Below, piece by piece: positions 1-11,056 of a DNA stretch of 64,000 nt (positions are counted from its first letter, which is position 1; every line of letters starts with the position of its first letter). The DNA lies in IMG/VR virus record IMGVR_UViG_3300031992_000033, positions 1-64,000 of that record. One strand, written 5' to 3'. The translations under genes and the position numbers were made by a program. A model generated the notes under the pieces. That model was not told where the DNA came from. It saw only the letters and a list, made by a program, of their open reading frames with translations, and searched no databases. The DNA is from a virus (Duplodnaviria > Caudoviricetes).

Positions 1-2
1 CT

Positions 3-335
3 GATGAACAGGGATTTATATTCCCCACATGTAGTTTAACTGCCAGTGAGGATGGACATCTTATTCTTACAAATAGCAGAGACAGTGGTTACAGAACAAT
101 TGTAGGGAATTGTAAGGCTGGAGAAGTTGTTACTTTAAACGGAGAGTTTGGTACTATTACAACTTCTATGCCACATCCTAATTTATATGACGACTTTAAC
201 TATGTATTTCCTAAGGTTTGGAATAAAATGAGTTCTGATGGTACTGATAATAGGACGAATATTTTTACTCTGAATTTTCCTCAGGCTACTATTAGTATAA
301 CATATAGCCCTATAAGTAAATTCGGATTAATATAA
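3..335 (+). CDS. 3' part of a distal-tail (Dit-like) protein, truncated by the window edge
   Basis: Open frame DEQGFIFPTC...DFNYVFPKV...ITYSPISKFGLI* ending at TAA 333-335, directly upstream of the large tail protein. Confidence 0.6.
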   Translation, partial: DEQGFIFPTCSLTASEDGHLILTNSRDSGYRTIVGNCKAGEVVTLNGEFGTITTSMPHPNLYDDFNYVFPKVWNKMSSDGTDNRTNIFTLNFPQATISITYSPISKFGLI

Positions 336-351
336 AGATGGGAGGGAATTT

Positions 352-3300
352 ATGGCTAATACCAATACAACATTTAAGCCTATAAAAACCCTATTTGATA
401 CTTTTAAAATAATTCTATGTAATAGAGATCATAATAAAATTGGAACAATTCAGAACGTAGACTTTTCTTCTATTCATTTAAAAGGAGAAATGGTAAATGG
501 GAACGAAGTTTCTTTCGATGTGTATTACACATTGGATGATGAGGTAGAAAAACTCTGGGATGATATAGTTGATTTTAAACTTATATATATACCAGAGATA
601 GATGACTTTCTAGAGATCACTATTACCGACTATGATTCTGAACAGAAAAAGAAAAGTATCGTAGGTGTTAGCGCTGGTATTGCAGAATTGTCTCAAACTC
701 AATTATATGGATTAGAGATAAACACTCCAGCGGATATATTAAATGATGCTGGCTACCATAGAACTATCTTTTATGATAGAGATGATCCAAAGGGATCACT
801 CTTAGATAGGGTTCTTTATAAGATTCCTCAGTACACCATTGGTCATGTTCCTGTTAGTGTGGCGGCAATGCAAAGAACATTCTCAGTAAATGATAAGAGT
901 GTGTGGGAATTTCTTTCTAAGGATGTAGCAGAAGCGTTTAATGTAATATTTGTTATAGATAACGTCAATAAGATTATTAACGTTTATGATTTATTGGTGG
1001 TATGTAATGAATGCCAAAAGAGACAGCAACCTCATTATGAGTATGGTTATTACGATGATTACGCATTGTTAAATGATTCGGATTCTAACATCTTAATCAA
1101 TTCAGATAATGAAGGATTAGTTGGTGATGATAAAATAACCGCATACAAAAGGCTTGTGTGTGAGGATTGTGGAAGTCATGACCTTGATTATTTTGGAGAA
1201 GATACTACTGTAATAGTTAAGAAAGATAATCTTACTGACGAGATACAATTAACAATAGACACCGATTCGATTAAGAACACTTTTAAACTAGAGGGCGGAG
1301 ATGATAATATGACTGCCGCTATAGTTGCTCTTAATCCAAACGGATCTGCTTATATAAATAAATTCAGTGAACTCGACATAGACGATATGCCTAATATGTT
1401 GGTCAATAAACTTAGGAAATATAATTTATTGTATGATTCCTATAAAGATGAATATGCAACTTTAATGGAAAATTATTACAACGCAATTGACAACATGTTG
1501 AAGTATAGGTCTGGGCTTATGCCTTCAGAGCCTCAGCAAACTATTACTGCGGCAACAGAAGCGGCTAAACTTACTGTAAATAATTTATCGCCCGCCGCTC
1601 TTGCCAGAGTGGGAAGTGGTACGTCTGTTGCGTCTGTTAATAATGCATTGGTTCAGTTAGCAAAGGTCTTTGTTAAGACGGGCTATGTCAAGGTAGAAGT
1701 TGATATGAAGGATAGCCCCGCAACATTTACATACGCGGGACTTGACGCCAATAATCATAACTATGGATATTGGTCTGGAAGATTTTTAGTAACTAGTTAT
1801 TCTGATAATGATGATACAGCGTATAGCCAAAGAATAACTATTTTAATCTCTGACGACTACGAAGTATATCTCGACCAGAAGATAGCAAAGAATATCGTTA
1901 GATATGATGACAAAGAAGGTAGTATTTATGAAGTACTCAAGATAACAAACCTGAATGATTTTACTAATGCGCTTACTTATTATTGTGTAAATAGACTTAT
2001 ATCTTTTAGGGATGCAATATCCAACTGCTTAAATATATTGGTACAAGAAGGACATGGTTCGCACACCACAGGAAGTGATGTAGTGGATGAATTTTACGAT
2101 GACATTTATGTACCATATCACGAGAAGTTACTTGCTGTAGAAAGAGAAATTCCTCGTAGGCAATCTGGTCTTGAAATAGACGGAAGTCCTTGTATGTTTA
2201 ATGATGGATATGGAGAGCCTTATGCCACTGCCAATGTTGACTATTGGAAGAATATGATCGGTATAATGGACGACGGATCTGTACTTCCTAATTCATTAGA
2301 AGCAAGAAAGAGAGAGATACAGGATATCTTAAATCTTGAGAAATATATAGGCGAATATTATTATAAAATTTATTGTGCATATAGGAGAGAAGAAACTTAT
2401 TCTAACTCTAATTATATTTCTAATGGTTTGGACAATGCCGAAATATTTGCCAACGCTAAAGAGTTCTTAGAGGCGGCAAATGAAGAATTATTAAAGGCAA
2501 GCACTCCTCAATATACTATTAAGTGTAACTTATTCAATTTGATATCGGCTGAAAACTATGAACACATTAAAGATAAATTTGTGCTTGGAAACTGGATAAG
2601 AGTAGAAGCGGATAATCAGATATTTAGATTGAGAATACTATCGTATTCATTAGACTTTAGTAACATTGGAACTGTTGATGTTGAGTTTTCTAATGTCACC
2701 AAGATCGGTGATATTATGACGGACGTAGAATCCATATTAAAGTCTGCAAAGAGTATGGCTACCTCTTATGGTGCTACCACAAATAAGGCTTCGGCTGGTG
2801 AAGATGCTAATAATAATCTGGATGAATTTACAAAGACGGGATTATTGTCGGCTCTCACAAACGTGAAGAATAATGTGGACGAAGAAGTTACGTTTGGTAA
2901 ATTCGGTATATATGCAAAGAGTTATGACCCCGATACTCAGTCGTATAGTCCTGAGCAATTAAGAATCACACATAATATTTTAGTGTTCTCTGATGATAAT
3001 TGGCAGACGGCTAAGGCTGCTTTGGGTAAGCACGACTTTGTATATTATGATCCTGATGACGATGAATATAAAACCGATACGAAATATGGTCTTACAGCGG
3101 AGTTTGTACAGGCTGGACACATTAGTGGTTCTAGTATTATCGGCGGTGATATTTATTCTGAGAACTATTCCGAGACTGGCAACGTAGGAACGCATATAAA
3201 TTTAAACAATGGAACATTTAAATTCGGTGGTAACAAGTTAACCTTTGATGGAACTAATCTTACTTTAAATAACGGCACTGTTACTGCAAGCAACATTACG

Positions 3301-4197
3301 GGTACTACTATCAATAATGGTAATGGTACATTCGTTGTATCTGCTGAAGGTTCAGTAACAGCCAGAGATATTACGCTGTATAATGGTGTATCGTCTGGTG
3401 GAACAATTTCTGGTAGCCAAATCTCTGGATCTACATTCAATAGTACTAATGGAAATTTCAGAGTTGAATCCGATGGTAAGATGTATTGTACTGGCGCTAC
3501 TATTAATGGTGCAATTAATAATGGTAACGGAACGTTCCAAGTTGATTTAAGCGGAAACCTTACGGCTAAAAGTGGAACTATTGGTGGTTGGAATATTAAT
3601 GATGGATATCTATCGGGTACAAACGGGAATGTTAGATTGAGCCAAACTGGAGATATATATTGTTCAATCGATAACAATGTCAAGTGGGCTATTTACAATA
3701 ATGGTTCTGCTACATTCTCAAATATTCATGCTACGGGTGGTACATTTGAAAATGTAACAATAACGGGTTATGCAACAATAACGGATTTGAACCAAATGAA
3801 CCTTACCCTTACAGGACAACTTACGGCTGCTTATGGTGAGATAGGTAACTTAACCGCTGAGAAAGCGTCTATTGCAGATCTCACTGCTGGAAATATTGTT
3901 GTTAACGATTCCGTTAATGCTCAGAACGCAACTATTGCGGGTAATCTTGATGTTAATGGTAAAATTAAGGTTAGCCAGATAGATGTTACTGGAGCAACAA
4001 TAAGCGGACACAGTGTTACATGGACATCTAGAACAGTTACTTGGTTACAAAGATTCTCTACAGAAGGCTCTTATAACAGTGCAAGTGGAGACTGGAAGTT
4101 TTCTGCTGGTGCTAGTTGGGGTGGTGGCGGCGCAAATCAACAAGGCTTTGTTGGTCACACCAAAACTATCTTCTTCTTGGGTAATAATGATGTATAA
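352..4197 (+). CDS. Large tail tip / baseplate hub (Tal-like, host-specificity) protein with C-terminal beta-repeat region
   Basis: 1281 aa, GGAGG RBS, G/T/N-rich repeats (NNGNGTFxV, SGTIGGWNI) typical of siphophage tail spikes, position after the Dit-like gene. Confidence 0.75.
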   Translation: MANTNTTFKPIKTLFDTFKIILCNRDHNKIGTIQNVDFSSIHLKGEMVNGNEVSFDVYYTLDDEVEKLWDDIVDFKLIYIPEIDDFLEITITDYDSEQKKKSIVGVSAGIAELSQTQLYGLEINTPADILNDAGYHRTIFYDRDDPKGSLLDRVLYKIPQYTIGHVPVSVAAMQRTFSVNDKSVWEFLSKDVAEAFNVIFVIDNVNKIINVYDLLVVCNECQKRQQPHYEYGYYDDYALLNDSDSNILINSDNEGLVGDDKITAYKRLVCEDCGSHDLDYFGEDTTVIVKKDNLTDEIQLTIDTDSIKNTFKLEGGDDNMTAAIVALNPNGSAYINKFSELDIDDMPNMLVNKLRKYNLLYDSYKDEYATLMENYYNAIDNMLKYRSGLMPSEPQQTITAATEAAKLTVNNLSPAALARVGSGTSVASVNNALVQLAKVFVKTGYVKVEVDMKDSPATFTYAGLDANNHNYGYWSGRFLVTSYSDNDDTAYSQRITILISDDYEVYLDQKIAKNIVRYDDKEGSIYEVLKITNLNDFTNALTYYCVNRLISFRDAISNCLNILVQEGHGSHTTGSDVVDEFYDDIYVPYHEKLLAVEREIPRRQSGLEIDGSPCMFNDGYGEPYATANVDYWKNMIGIMDDGSVLPNSLEARKREIQDILNLEKYIGEYYYKIYCAYRREETYSNSNYISNGLDNAEIFANAKEFLEAANEELLKASTPQYTIKCNLFNLISAENYEHIKDKFVLGNWIRVEADNQIFRLRILSYSLDFSNIGTVDVEFSNVTKIGDIMTDVESILKSAKSMATSYGATTNKASAGEDANNNLDEFTKTGLLSALTNVKNNVDEEVTFGKFGIYAKSYDPDTQSYSPEQLRITHNILVFSDDNWQTAKAALGKHDFVYYDPDDDEYKTDTKYGLTAEFVQAGHISGSSIIGGDIYSENYSETGNVGTHINLNNGTFKFGGNKLTFDGTNLTLNNGTVTASNITGTTINNGNGTFVVSAEGSVTARDITLYNGVSSGGTISGSQISGSTFNSTNGNFRVESDGKMYCTGATINGAINNGNGTFQVDLSGNLTAKSGTIGGWNINDGYLSGTNGNVRLSQTGDIYCSIDNNVKWAIYNNGSATFSNIHATGGTFENVTITGYATITDLNQMNLTLTGQLTAAYGEIGNLTAEKASIADLTAGNIVVNDSVNAQNATIAGNLDVNGKIKVSQIDVTGATISGHSVTWTSRTVTWLQRFSTEGSYNSASGDWKFSAGASWGGGGANQQGFVGHTKTIFFLGNNDV

Positions 4198-4219
4198 GAG
4201 AAAGGAATAAAAAGAATAT

Positions 4220-4456
4220 ATGGAAAATAAAGTAAATATCAATATCGCAACTGAAATGTTAAGACAGCAATTAGTACAGGATATTAATAATTCTGGACTT
4301 CCTATTAGTACACTCTATCTCATTGTAAATGAATTGCAATGGAAAACCGAGAAGGCGTACTACGCTGAACTTAATACTCCCGCTCAAAAAATTATTGATA
4401 AGGGCGGCGAAGGGTTGCCAATTATAGATGGTGATACACAGGAGGAGTCCGAGTGA
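4220..4456 (+). CDS. Small hypothetical protein (tail module)
   Basis: 78 aa ORF with AAGGA RBS, collinear with tail genes. Confidence 0.6.
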   Translation: MENKVNINIATEMLRQQLVQDINNSGLPISTLYLIVNELQWKTEKAYYAELNTPAQKIIDKGGEGLPIIDGDTQEESE

Positions 4457-4463
4457 CTCCTCC
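4441..4463 (+). terminator. GC-rich hairpin (terminator or processing stem)
   Basis: GGAGGAGTC-cgagt-GACTCCTCC perfect 9-bp stem over the stop codon; no U-tract. Confidence 0.35.
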
Positions 4464-4487
4464 AATAATAGAAAGGAGGAATTTTAA

Positions 4488-5048
4488 ATGCCAGTTGATA
4501 TGAATACAAGAAGATTGGATGATCATACCAATGTCCCTGAGGCAGATCCTAACGAGGAAATCACTCTTGATTCCTCCCAATTCGGAACAAGAAATATAAC
4601 CGTTGAGAATTTTACAAATCAAATTATCGGCGGAAACGATATATCTAATATAGGAGATGGAACTCCTACTGGAGCAATTGTAGAATTGGACGAAAGATTA
4701 ACAGAGGCTGAAGATACAATTGGAGATACGGACATCTCTGCTTACGCTGATGGAACTCTAACGGGAATTCTTGCTAATTTCGCAACACAAAATGTGACTA
4801 TCCCCGTGAGTGGATGGTCGGATGTTGCACCATTCTCTAACACTGTAACTGTTAGTGGAATTAGTGCATCAGATAAAATTATGTGTCTTGGATATGTTCC
4901 CTCTAATACGCCAGAGGATAACGTATTGATAGCACAGGCGACAAGTAGACTTGATTATGGTATTACGGGCAACAATAGCATCACTTGGTATGCTTTGGAA
5001 CTTAAACCCGAAATGACTGTCACTGTCGTCATTATGAAAGTGTATTAA
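4488..5048 (+). CDS. Tail fibre-associated / minor tail protein
   Basis: Repeated IGxxDISxxxDGTxTG motif and C-terminal VTIPVSGW...TVTVSGI domain typical of Firmicute phage tail proteins. Confidence 0.6.
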   Translation: MPVDMNTRRLDDHTNVPEADPNEEITLDSSQFGTRNITVENFTNQIIGGNDISNIGDGTPTGAIVELDERLTEAEDTIGDTDISAYADGTLTGILANFATQNVTIPVSGWSDVAPFSNTVTVSGISASDKIMCLGYVPSNTPEDNVLIAQATSRLDYGITGNNSITWYALELKPEMTVTVVIMKVY

Positions 5049-5049
5049 T

Positions 5050-7197
5050 ATGGGCAATGTTTTTATGTGTCAAGAAGTCCATAGACATAGTATTATTCCT
5101 AAATTCGGTATAGACATAGGACAATACGGAAATAGATGGGAAGATGTTTTTATAAAGAATATTGACTTTTCTACTATGGACGATGCAGATGATTGGAGTT
5201 ATTTGTTCAGAGATTCCAAGGCGTATGATATTGACTTAGGCGCTATGGATAGTAGCGAAGTTACTAATATGGATCATATGTTTGAAGGAGTTAATTGCGG
5301 CACATTACACCTTGCTGGATTAACAATAGGTGAAGAAGTAAGTGCCGAAAATATTTTCAGCGGAACATTTGATTCGATAGATTTTACCAATGCTAAGTTT
5401 TATAGTCTGCCCGCCAATATGTTTAATGGTGCGGTAGTAAGAAATGGAATCCAATTAAGAACACTTGACACCTCAAGGCTAACAAGTCTTAGCGGTATGT
5501 TTAGTAATTCAGAAATTGCCGCTGTGGATTTAACTGGATTAGATACGTCTAATATAACAGATATGAGTAATATGTTTTATTATGCAAATATTCCAGTTTT
5601 GCTTGGATTAAAAACGTTAGACTATTCCAAGGTAACTAATGCTTCGAACATGTTTAGCAGTGCTTCTCTAGCATCCATTGATTTGTCGGGTATTAATTTT
5701 GCGTCATTGCAAGATGCGTCTTATATGTTTTGCAATGTTCGAACTGGAGGCTCTAATATTTTAACCATCAACTTATCTAATTGTAGATTTCCATCATTAA
5801 CTAATGCGTATGAAATGTTTTATGATTATAATAAACAATCTCATTTGATATTGACTGGATCTACTTTTGTATCTAATGGATTAAATGCAGCCTATATGTT
5901 TCAATATAGAAATGAACCTAATGGATTAGACCTTTCTGGCTTCGAGAGTGTAAAAATTAATGGGTGTTATAGTATGTTCTCGGATTGTGTTTTAGGAGCA
6001 ACTGATTTTTCTGTATTAGATTTCTCAGAAATGACAAGTAATGATTGGGTATTCCAGAGATGTGAAACACCTGAGATTCATTTAAGCACCAGACTTCCTA
6101 ATGACGTTACTAGTTATTATACATGGTATATAACTTATGGGGCAAAGGCTGATAATTATATTTTTGAACTCGTATTTCCATTTAACAATTCTAGTTTGGG
6201 TTATTTATTTTATGGCGATAAAGAAGGTAGTACATTTTTGTTGGATAATAGTGAAATTTATGCCACTGGTTTAAGATACTTCGGGTACTGTAAAGAAAAT
6301 ACAACCATTACCATAGAGGATTCAATTCTGCATATAGGTGATCATGGTGATTTAGGAAGTATGCTTTATTATATGCCTCATACTAGTGAGATAGATATGG
6401 GAGGATTAGTGATTGATGGAACTGTTACGTCCTCTTCTTATTTTATGTGTTACGGAACTCCAAGAGAAATAACGCTGCCTAATACAGGAATTAAATTTAC
6501 TGGAGAACTCTATTACTTTTTATATGGTACTACTAGATGGAATGAACAGACGCAAAGAAGTGAACCTTATGATATTGTTGTAAATAATTTAGACAAATTA
6601 GACGTTAGAGGAATTACACGTATGTATAATCTGTTTTATTATTTAGACGGAACGTTTGATGTGTCTGATTGGAACACTGAGTCTTTGGTTCGAATGGAAT
6701 ATTTAATAAATTCTAGTAGTGGAAATTATAATTTAAGTAATTGGAACACTGAAAATGTAACGTATATTAATTCAATTGTAAGTTCTTCACATGGCTATTT
6801 CGATTTAAGAAATTGGGATTTATCAAATTTAACATACTTATATGGAATAAGTTTAGATGGATACGAAAATTCTTACGTTGATTTGGATGGATGGAAAGTA
6901 AGTCCTGATTTACAAGTAGGTAACTTTTATGTATTAAGTGCATATAGTAATTACACATCTTCTACCTTGAATCATATTATTTACCTACCTAATACTCTTT
7001 ATCAGCCAACATCTTATCCAAATGATTCATTTGGGTATGGTGAAAATGTAATAATAGACGTTTACACTAATGCTTCAAGCATAGAAGAACAGGGATGGAG
7101 ATTCCCTCATATATATTCTGAGTCAGAGCCATATGGTTATAGGATTCATCTTAACACAACACATGATGATTTTTTGAACGCAGTAGGAGGTGATTAA
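5050..7197 (+). CDS. BspA/DUF285-type surface-repeat (LRR-like) protein
   Basis: Many DxSxVTxMxxMF repeats (DSSEVTNMDHMF, DTSNITDMSNMF, DYSKVTNASNMF). Confidence 0.8.
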   Translation: MGNVFMCQEVHRHSIIPKFGIDIGQYGNRWEDVFIKNIDFSTMDDADDWSYLFRDSKAYDIDLGAMDSSEVTNMDHMFEGVNCGTLHLAGLTIGEEVSAENIFSGTFDSIDFTNAKFYSLPANMFNGAVVRNGIQLRTLDTSRLTSLSGMFSNSEIAAVDLTGLDTSNITDMSNMFYYANIPVLLGLKTLDYSKVTNASNMFSSASLASIDLSGINFASLQDASYMFCNVRTGGSNILTINLSNCRFPSLTNAYEMFYDYNKQSHLILTGSTFVSNGLNAAYMFQYRNEPNGLDLSGFESVKINGCYSMFSDCVLGATDFSVLDFSEMTSNDWVFQRCETPEIHLSTRLPNDVTSYYTWYITYGAKADNYIFELVFPFNNSSLGYLFYGDKEGSTFLLDNSEIYATGLRYFGYCKENTTITIEDSILHIGDHGDLGSMLYYMPHTSEIDMGGLVIDGTVTSSSYFMCYGTPREITLPNTGIKFTGELYYFLYGTTRWNEQTQRSEPYDIVVNNLDKLDVRGITRMYNLFYYLDGTFDVSDWNTESLVRMEYLINSSSGNYNLSNWNTENVTYINSIVSSSHGYFDLRNWDLSNLTYLYGISLDGYENSYVDLDGWKVSPDLQVGNFYVLSAYSNYTSSTLNHIIYLPNTLYQPTSYPNDSFGYGENVIIDVYTNASSIEEQGWRFPHIYSESEPYGYRIHLNTTHDDFLNAVGGD

Positions 7198-10100
7198 ATG
7201 GGGCAAGTCTTTTTACCCCCTCGTTCGGGAACAAATAAATTAACATTAGAAGGCTACGACCATTTAACATGGAGGCATAAATTAATTCCTTATATCCGTA
7301 CTGATAACTGCATTGATATGAGTAATATGTTTTCGGGAGAGAATTATTCTCTCCCTGAAACATTGGATATAAGAAATTTTAATACTTCACATGTAACCAC
7401 TATGCGTTCTATGTTCGATGGTTGTATATCTGAAACAATATTGGGTTTAACAAACTTTAATACCGAACTTGTTACCGATATGAGTTTCATGTTTAATAAT
7501 AGTAAGGCTACAGAATTGGATTTATCGTCTTTCGACACCTCAAGTGTTGTAACTATGAAGAACATGTTTGCTAATAGTTTAGTAGAGGATTTAGACATAA
7601 ATTCTTTTGACACATCAAGTGTAACAGATATGAGTTCCTTATTCGAAAATGTTACGGCATCATTAGATGTATCTAATTTCGACACTAGAAATGTTGAAGA
7701 CATGTGCTGTATGTTTAAAGGAACATCTGGAACAAATCTTGATCTTACCAACTTCAACACATCTAGCGTTGAGGATATGGGTGGAATGTTTAAAGATACT
7801 ACTTATGACACAATAGACGTATCTTCATTTGACACTTCTAACGTTGTCAATATGAGAGAGATGTTTAAGAATTCCACCATAGAAGATTTAGATATTTCTA
7901 ATTTTGATTTTAGCAGTGTTGAAAATATGGAAGAGATGTTTTACGGGTTAACTCTAGATTCGTTAGACTTTCCTAATTCGATAGATGTCTCAAACGTTTT
8001 AAATATTAATGAAATGTTTTGTGGTGTTACCATTGATTCATTGGATTTAAGTGGATTTGATTTTTCTTCTATCGAAACAAAGGATGGTTTATTCAATTCT
8101 TTACACACTAACACTCTTGATATATCTACTTGGGATTTAGGCGTAGGAGTTGGTACACAGGCGGGTTACGGAGAAGGCTTGTTTTATGGTGCAAATATAG
8201 ATAATATTATATTTTCTAATAGCAACGTCTTCCCTAATGGATATGATGCTCGATATATGTTTTCACACTTTATTTGTAATGGAACTTTAGATCTATCTAG
8301 TTTTCATTTTACAAATATTCACACATCAATAAGTGACACTTCAATGTTTTATGATGCACATATAAATACATTGATACTTCCAGATATGATATATGAAGAT
8401 GCTTCTATAAGACCATTTCATCAAACATCTGTGGAATTATTAGACATGAGCGGTAAAACTCTTCAATGTAATAATTCAAATGTCTTTTTTAACGGGTTAA
8501 CCGCAACACGTATTAATATGCCTAATAAAATATGTACTGGAACAGATGAGAATGCGTATTATGCAACTGGAAAGGCTAAGTATGTTGATTATTCGTCTGT
8601 AGATACAACCAATGTTTCCTACACAAGTGAGCAATGGAGCATCTTATCTGAATATATTATTAGGTATTCAAAAATATCATGGATTCCTTCTACTTTTGTA
8701 TTGGATGGAAATAGGACAATGAGCACGTATATGTCTGGAGATGTTTATACGGATGCGTTAAACTATACCGCACTTGGATGGAATAGAGAACCCGAGGGAG
8801 TGGTAGTGCATTACGGACAAACCCACGCGGATTTTGAACAAGCAATACTTAATGATGATTCTGATGAATGGGTATCTCCTTCTGGAACAGCAATATTCTT
8901 CTGTCATACACACGTACCTCTTGGTTCAGCGTTAACTATAAATCAATTTGACAATAATTATGATACCATTTATTTGGATGATGAACCTGTAGAAGAAGGA
9001 TATGTGTTTGATGAGGTAGGAGATCATTATTTAAAGATAAATGTTTATGGTTATGATTACAAACAAAAGGTGACAGTAGTTGATCACGGTAATTCATATA
9101 GTATTGTTGGCACAGTATATAAAAACTTCTGGGACAATACTAATCGATATTACAATTATAATGTTACCAATGATGTGGAATGTCGTTTATATCCTGACAA
9201 ATATTTATTTATATATCCTCTTGCAAGAATTAAAAATGATATATCAGAGTATATAACAATAAATAGTAATCCTTCTTATCAAGCCACAAAAGTTTCTGGA
9301 GTACCTTTTCAGATAAGACAACTTAATTTAAATAGCAGTTCAATGTTAACTGATATATCAGAATTAATTATTTGTTCTGCTCCATTTAATCCAGATTCTA
9401 TGTTTTATAATTGTACTAATTTATCAGACGTGTCAGTGGTAAATAAATGGACTGTAGATACTAGTTATTCATATCGGGAATATCAATATGGATATATTCA
9501 AACAAGATATAGTAGTTATAATTATTATAGAACATTTTCAAAGACGCATATTAATAGAGTTCCTAGAATATCCATAACGAGTGGATCAAGTGATACCTTT
9601 AAAGATTGTACGTATTTGAATGATATTTCAGAACTGAATTTGAACTTTACTAGCAGTAACTCAAACAACTCTATTATTTATTTTTCAGGTTTATTTAATG
9701 GTTGTAGTAATCTTGTAAACGTATCCAGATTAAAAGATAATTTCCACAAATTCATGATAATGCCTAATAATACTGGTGAGTGGACTCGCAATTATTTATC
9801 CTTAAGTGGAATGCTTAAGGGTACTGGCGTTCGCAATGCTGACTTTATTCCTGATGAAGGTTTAAATGTTATTAACATTGACAGTTTATTTGAAAATTGT
9901 GCTTCGTTAACAAACATAAATGGATTGTCGAGATTAATATGGAGAACCAATTATTACTCTGATAACATAAGTTTATACGGGGCGTTCTCAGGAACTCCAA
10001 TTACAGATTTTTCTCCTATTGCAAATTGGGATGTTCAATTTGTAAGCATTTCATTATATAGTTGTAATATGACTAGTTTATCATTTATGTCAAATTGGGA

Positions 10101-11046
10101 TCTGAGTAAATGTAGTAATTTCTCTTTTGCAAGTTGTACACATCTTACAGATATAAGCGTTTTAAATAATAAAGAAAGAACCGATGATTGGATTAATGTG
10201 AATCTATATAGTTGTTCATCTCTTACGTCATTAAATGGTTTATCAGGTTTAAAATTATCATCGGCTAACTTTGGTTATTGTACATCTTTGACATCTCTTA
10301 ATGGTTTACAAGATTGTACATTAATATTATCTTCTAGTATGTGTTCGGGATGTACTTCGTTAAGAGATATATCGGCGTTATCTTCTGCTACATTTGATTC
10401 TTCGACATATAATATTGATGGAATGTTTAATGGTTGTTCATCTCTTGTTTCTCTAGATGGTTTGGAGAACTTAGATATATCTAATATGACTAGTCTTAAT
10501 TCGGTATTTTATGGGTGTACAGCGTTGTCAGATATAGATGCAATATCGGGATGGAATCCTTATCAGGTTACAAATGTGGCATGGTTATTTGCAAATTGTA
10601 GTAGCATTACATCATTTGCTCCATTACGAAATTGGACTACGGCACAATTGACAGCGATAAATGGTGCGTTTACTGGATGTTCATCCATTACGGATCTTAC
10701 TGGACTAACGGGATTTAACATAGGACAATCAACAACTATGTCGGGATTGTTTAAAGGATGTACTTCTCTCACTGACATAACTGCAATTACAATATGGTAT
10801 GTTGCAAATGTCTATAATATGAGTGAAATGTTCTATGGATGTACGGCATTGACTTCTGTTGCTCCACTTAGAAATTGGAGGATTAGTGGATTGGGTAATA
10901 TGGAAAGAATGTTCTACAATTGTATTTCAGTATCGGATGCGGATACTTTGGAGACTTGGAAGAACGTTAAGAGTATGACCTCGGTTTCAAGAACAAATGC
11001 ATTTTATAATGTGCCTCGTCCTATACCTACGTGGGCAATAAGTTAA
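7198..11046 (+). CDS. BspA/DUF285-type LRR protein with two repeat blocks
   Basis: N-terminal LDxSxFDTSxVxxMxxMF repeats; C-terminal FxGCxSLTDIxxLxxW BspA-like LRRs; GGAGG RBS. Confidence 0.85.
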   Translation: MGQVFLPPRSGTNKLTLEGYDHLTWRHKLIPYIRTDNCIDMSNMFSGENYSLPETLDIRNFNTSHVTTMRSMFDGCISETILGLTNFNTELVTDMSFMFNNSKATELDLSSFDTSSVVTMKNMFANSLVEDLDINSFDTSSVTDMSSLFENVTASLDVSNFDTRNVEDMCCMFKGTSGTNLDLTNFNTSSVEDMGGMFKDTTYDTIDVSSFDTSNVVNMREMFKNSTIEDLDISNFDFSSVENMEEMFYGLTLDSLDFPNSIDVSNVLNINEMFCGVTIDSLDLSGFDFSSIETKDGLFNSLHTNTLDISTWDLGVGVGTQAGYGEGLFYGANIDNIIFSNSNVFPNGYDARYMFSHFICNGTLDLSSFHFTNIHTSISDTSMFYDAHINTLILPDMIYEDASIRPFHQTSVELLDMSGKTLQCNNSNVFFNGLTATRINMPNKICTGTDENAYYATGKAKYVDYSSVDTTNVSYTSEQWSILSEYIIRYSKISWIPSTFVLDGNRTMSTYMSGDVYTDALNYTALGWNREPEGVVVHYGQTHADFEQAILNDDSDEWVSPSGTAIFFCHTHVPLGSALTINQFDNNYDTIYLDDEPVEEGYVFDEVGDHYLKINVYGYDYKQKVTVVDHGNSYSIVGTVYKNFWDNTNRYYNYNVTNDVECRLYPDKYLFIYPLARIKNDISEYITINSNPSYQATKVSGVPFQIRQLNLNSSSMLTDISELIICSAPFNPDSMFYNCTNLSDVSVVNKWTVDTSYSYREYQYGYIQTRYSSYNYYRTFSKTHINRVPRISITSGSSDTFKDCTYLNDISELNLNFTSSNSNNSIIYFSGLFNGCSNLVNVSRLKDNFHKFMIMPNNTGEWTRNYLSLSGMLKGTGVRNADFIPDEGLNVINIDSLFENCASLTNINGLSRLIWRTNYYSDNISLYGAFSGTPITDFSPIANWDVQFVSISLYSCNMTSLSFMSNWDLSKCSNFSFASCTHLTDISVLNNKERTDDWINVNLYSCSSLTSLNGLSGLKLSSANFGYCTSLTSLNGLQDCTLILSSSMCSGCTSLRDISALSSATFDSSTYNIDGMFNGCSSLVSLDGLENLDISNMTSLNSVFYGCTALSDIDAISGWNPYQVTNVAWLFANCSSITSFAPLRNWTTAQLTAINGAFTGCSSITDLTGLTGFNIGQSTTMSGLFKGCTSLTDITAITIWYVANVYNMSEMFYGCTALTSVAPLRNWRISGLGNMERMFYNCISVSDADTLETWKNVKSMTSVSRTNAFYNVPRPIPTWAIS

Positions 11047-11056
11047 GGGGGCTGTT

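Noticed and set aside
3900-11046. Diversity-generating retroelement target in the tail/BspA genes
   Set aside because: No reverse transcriptase and no template/variable repeat pair differing at adenines seen in the window
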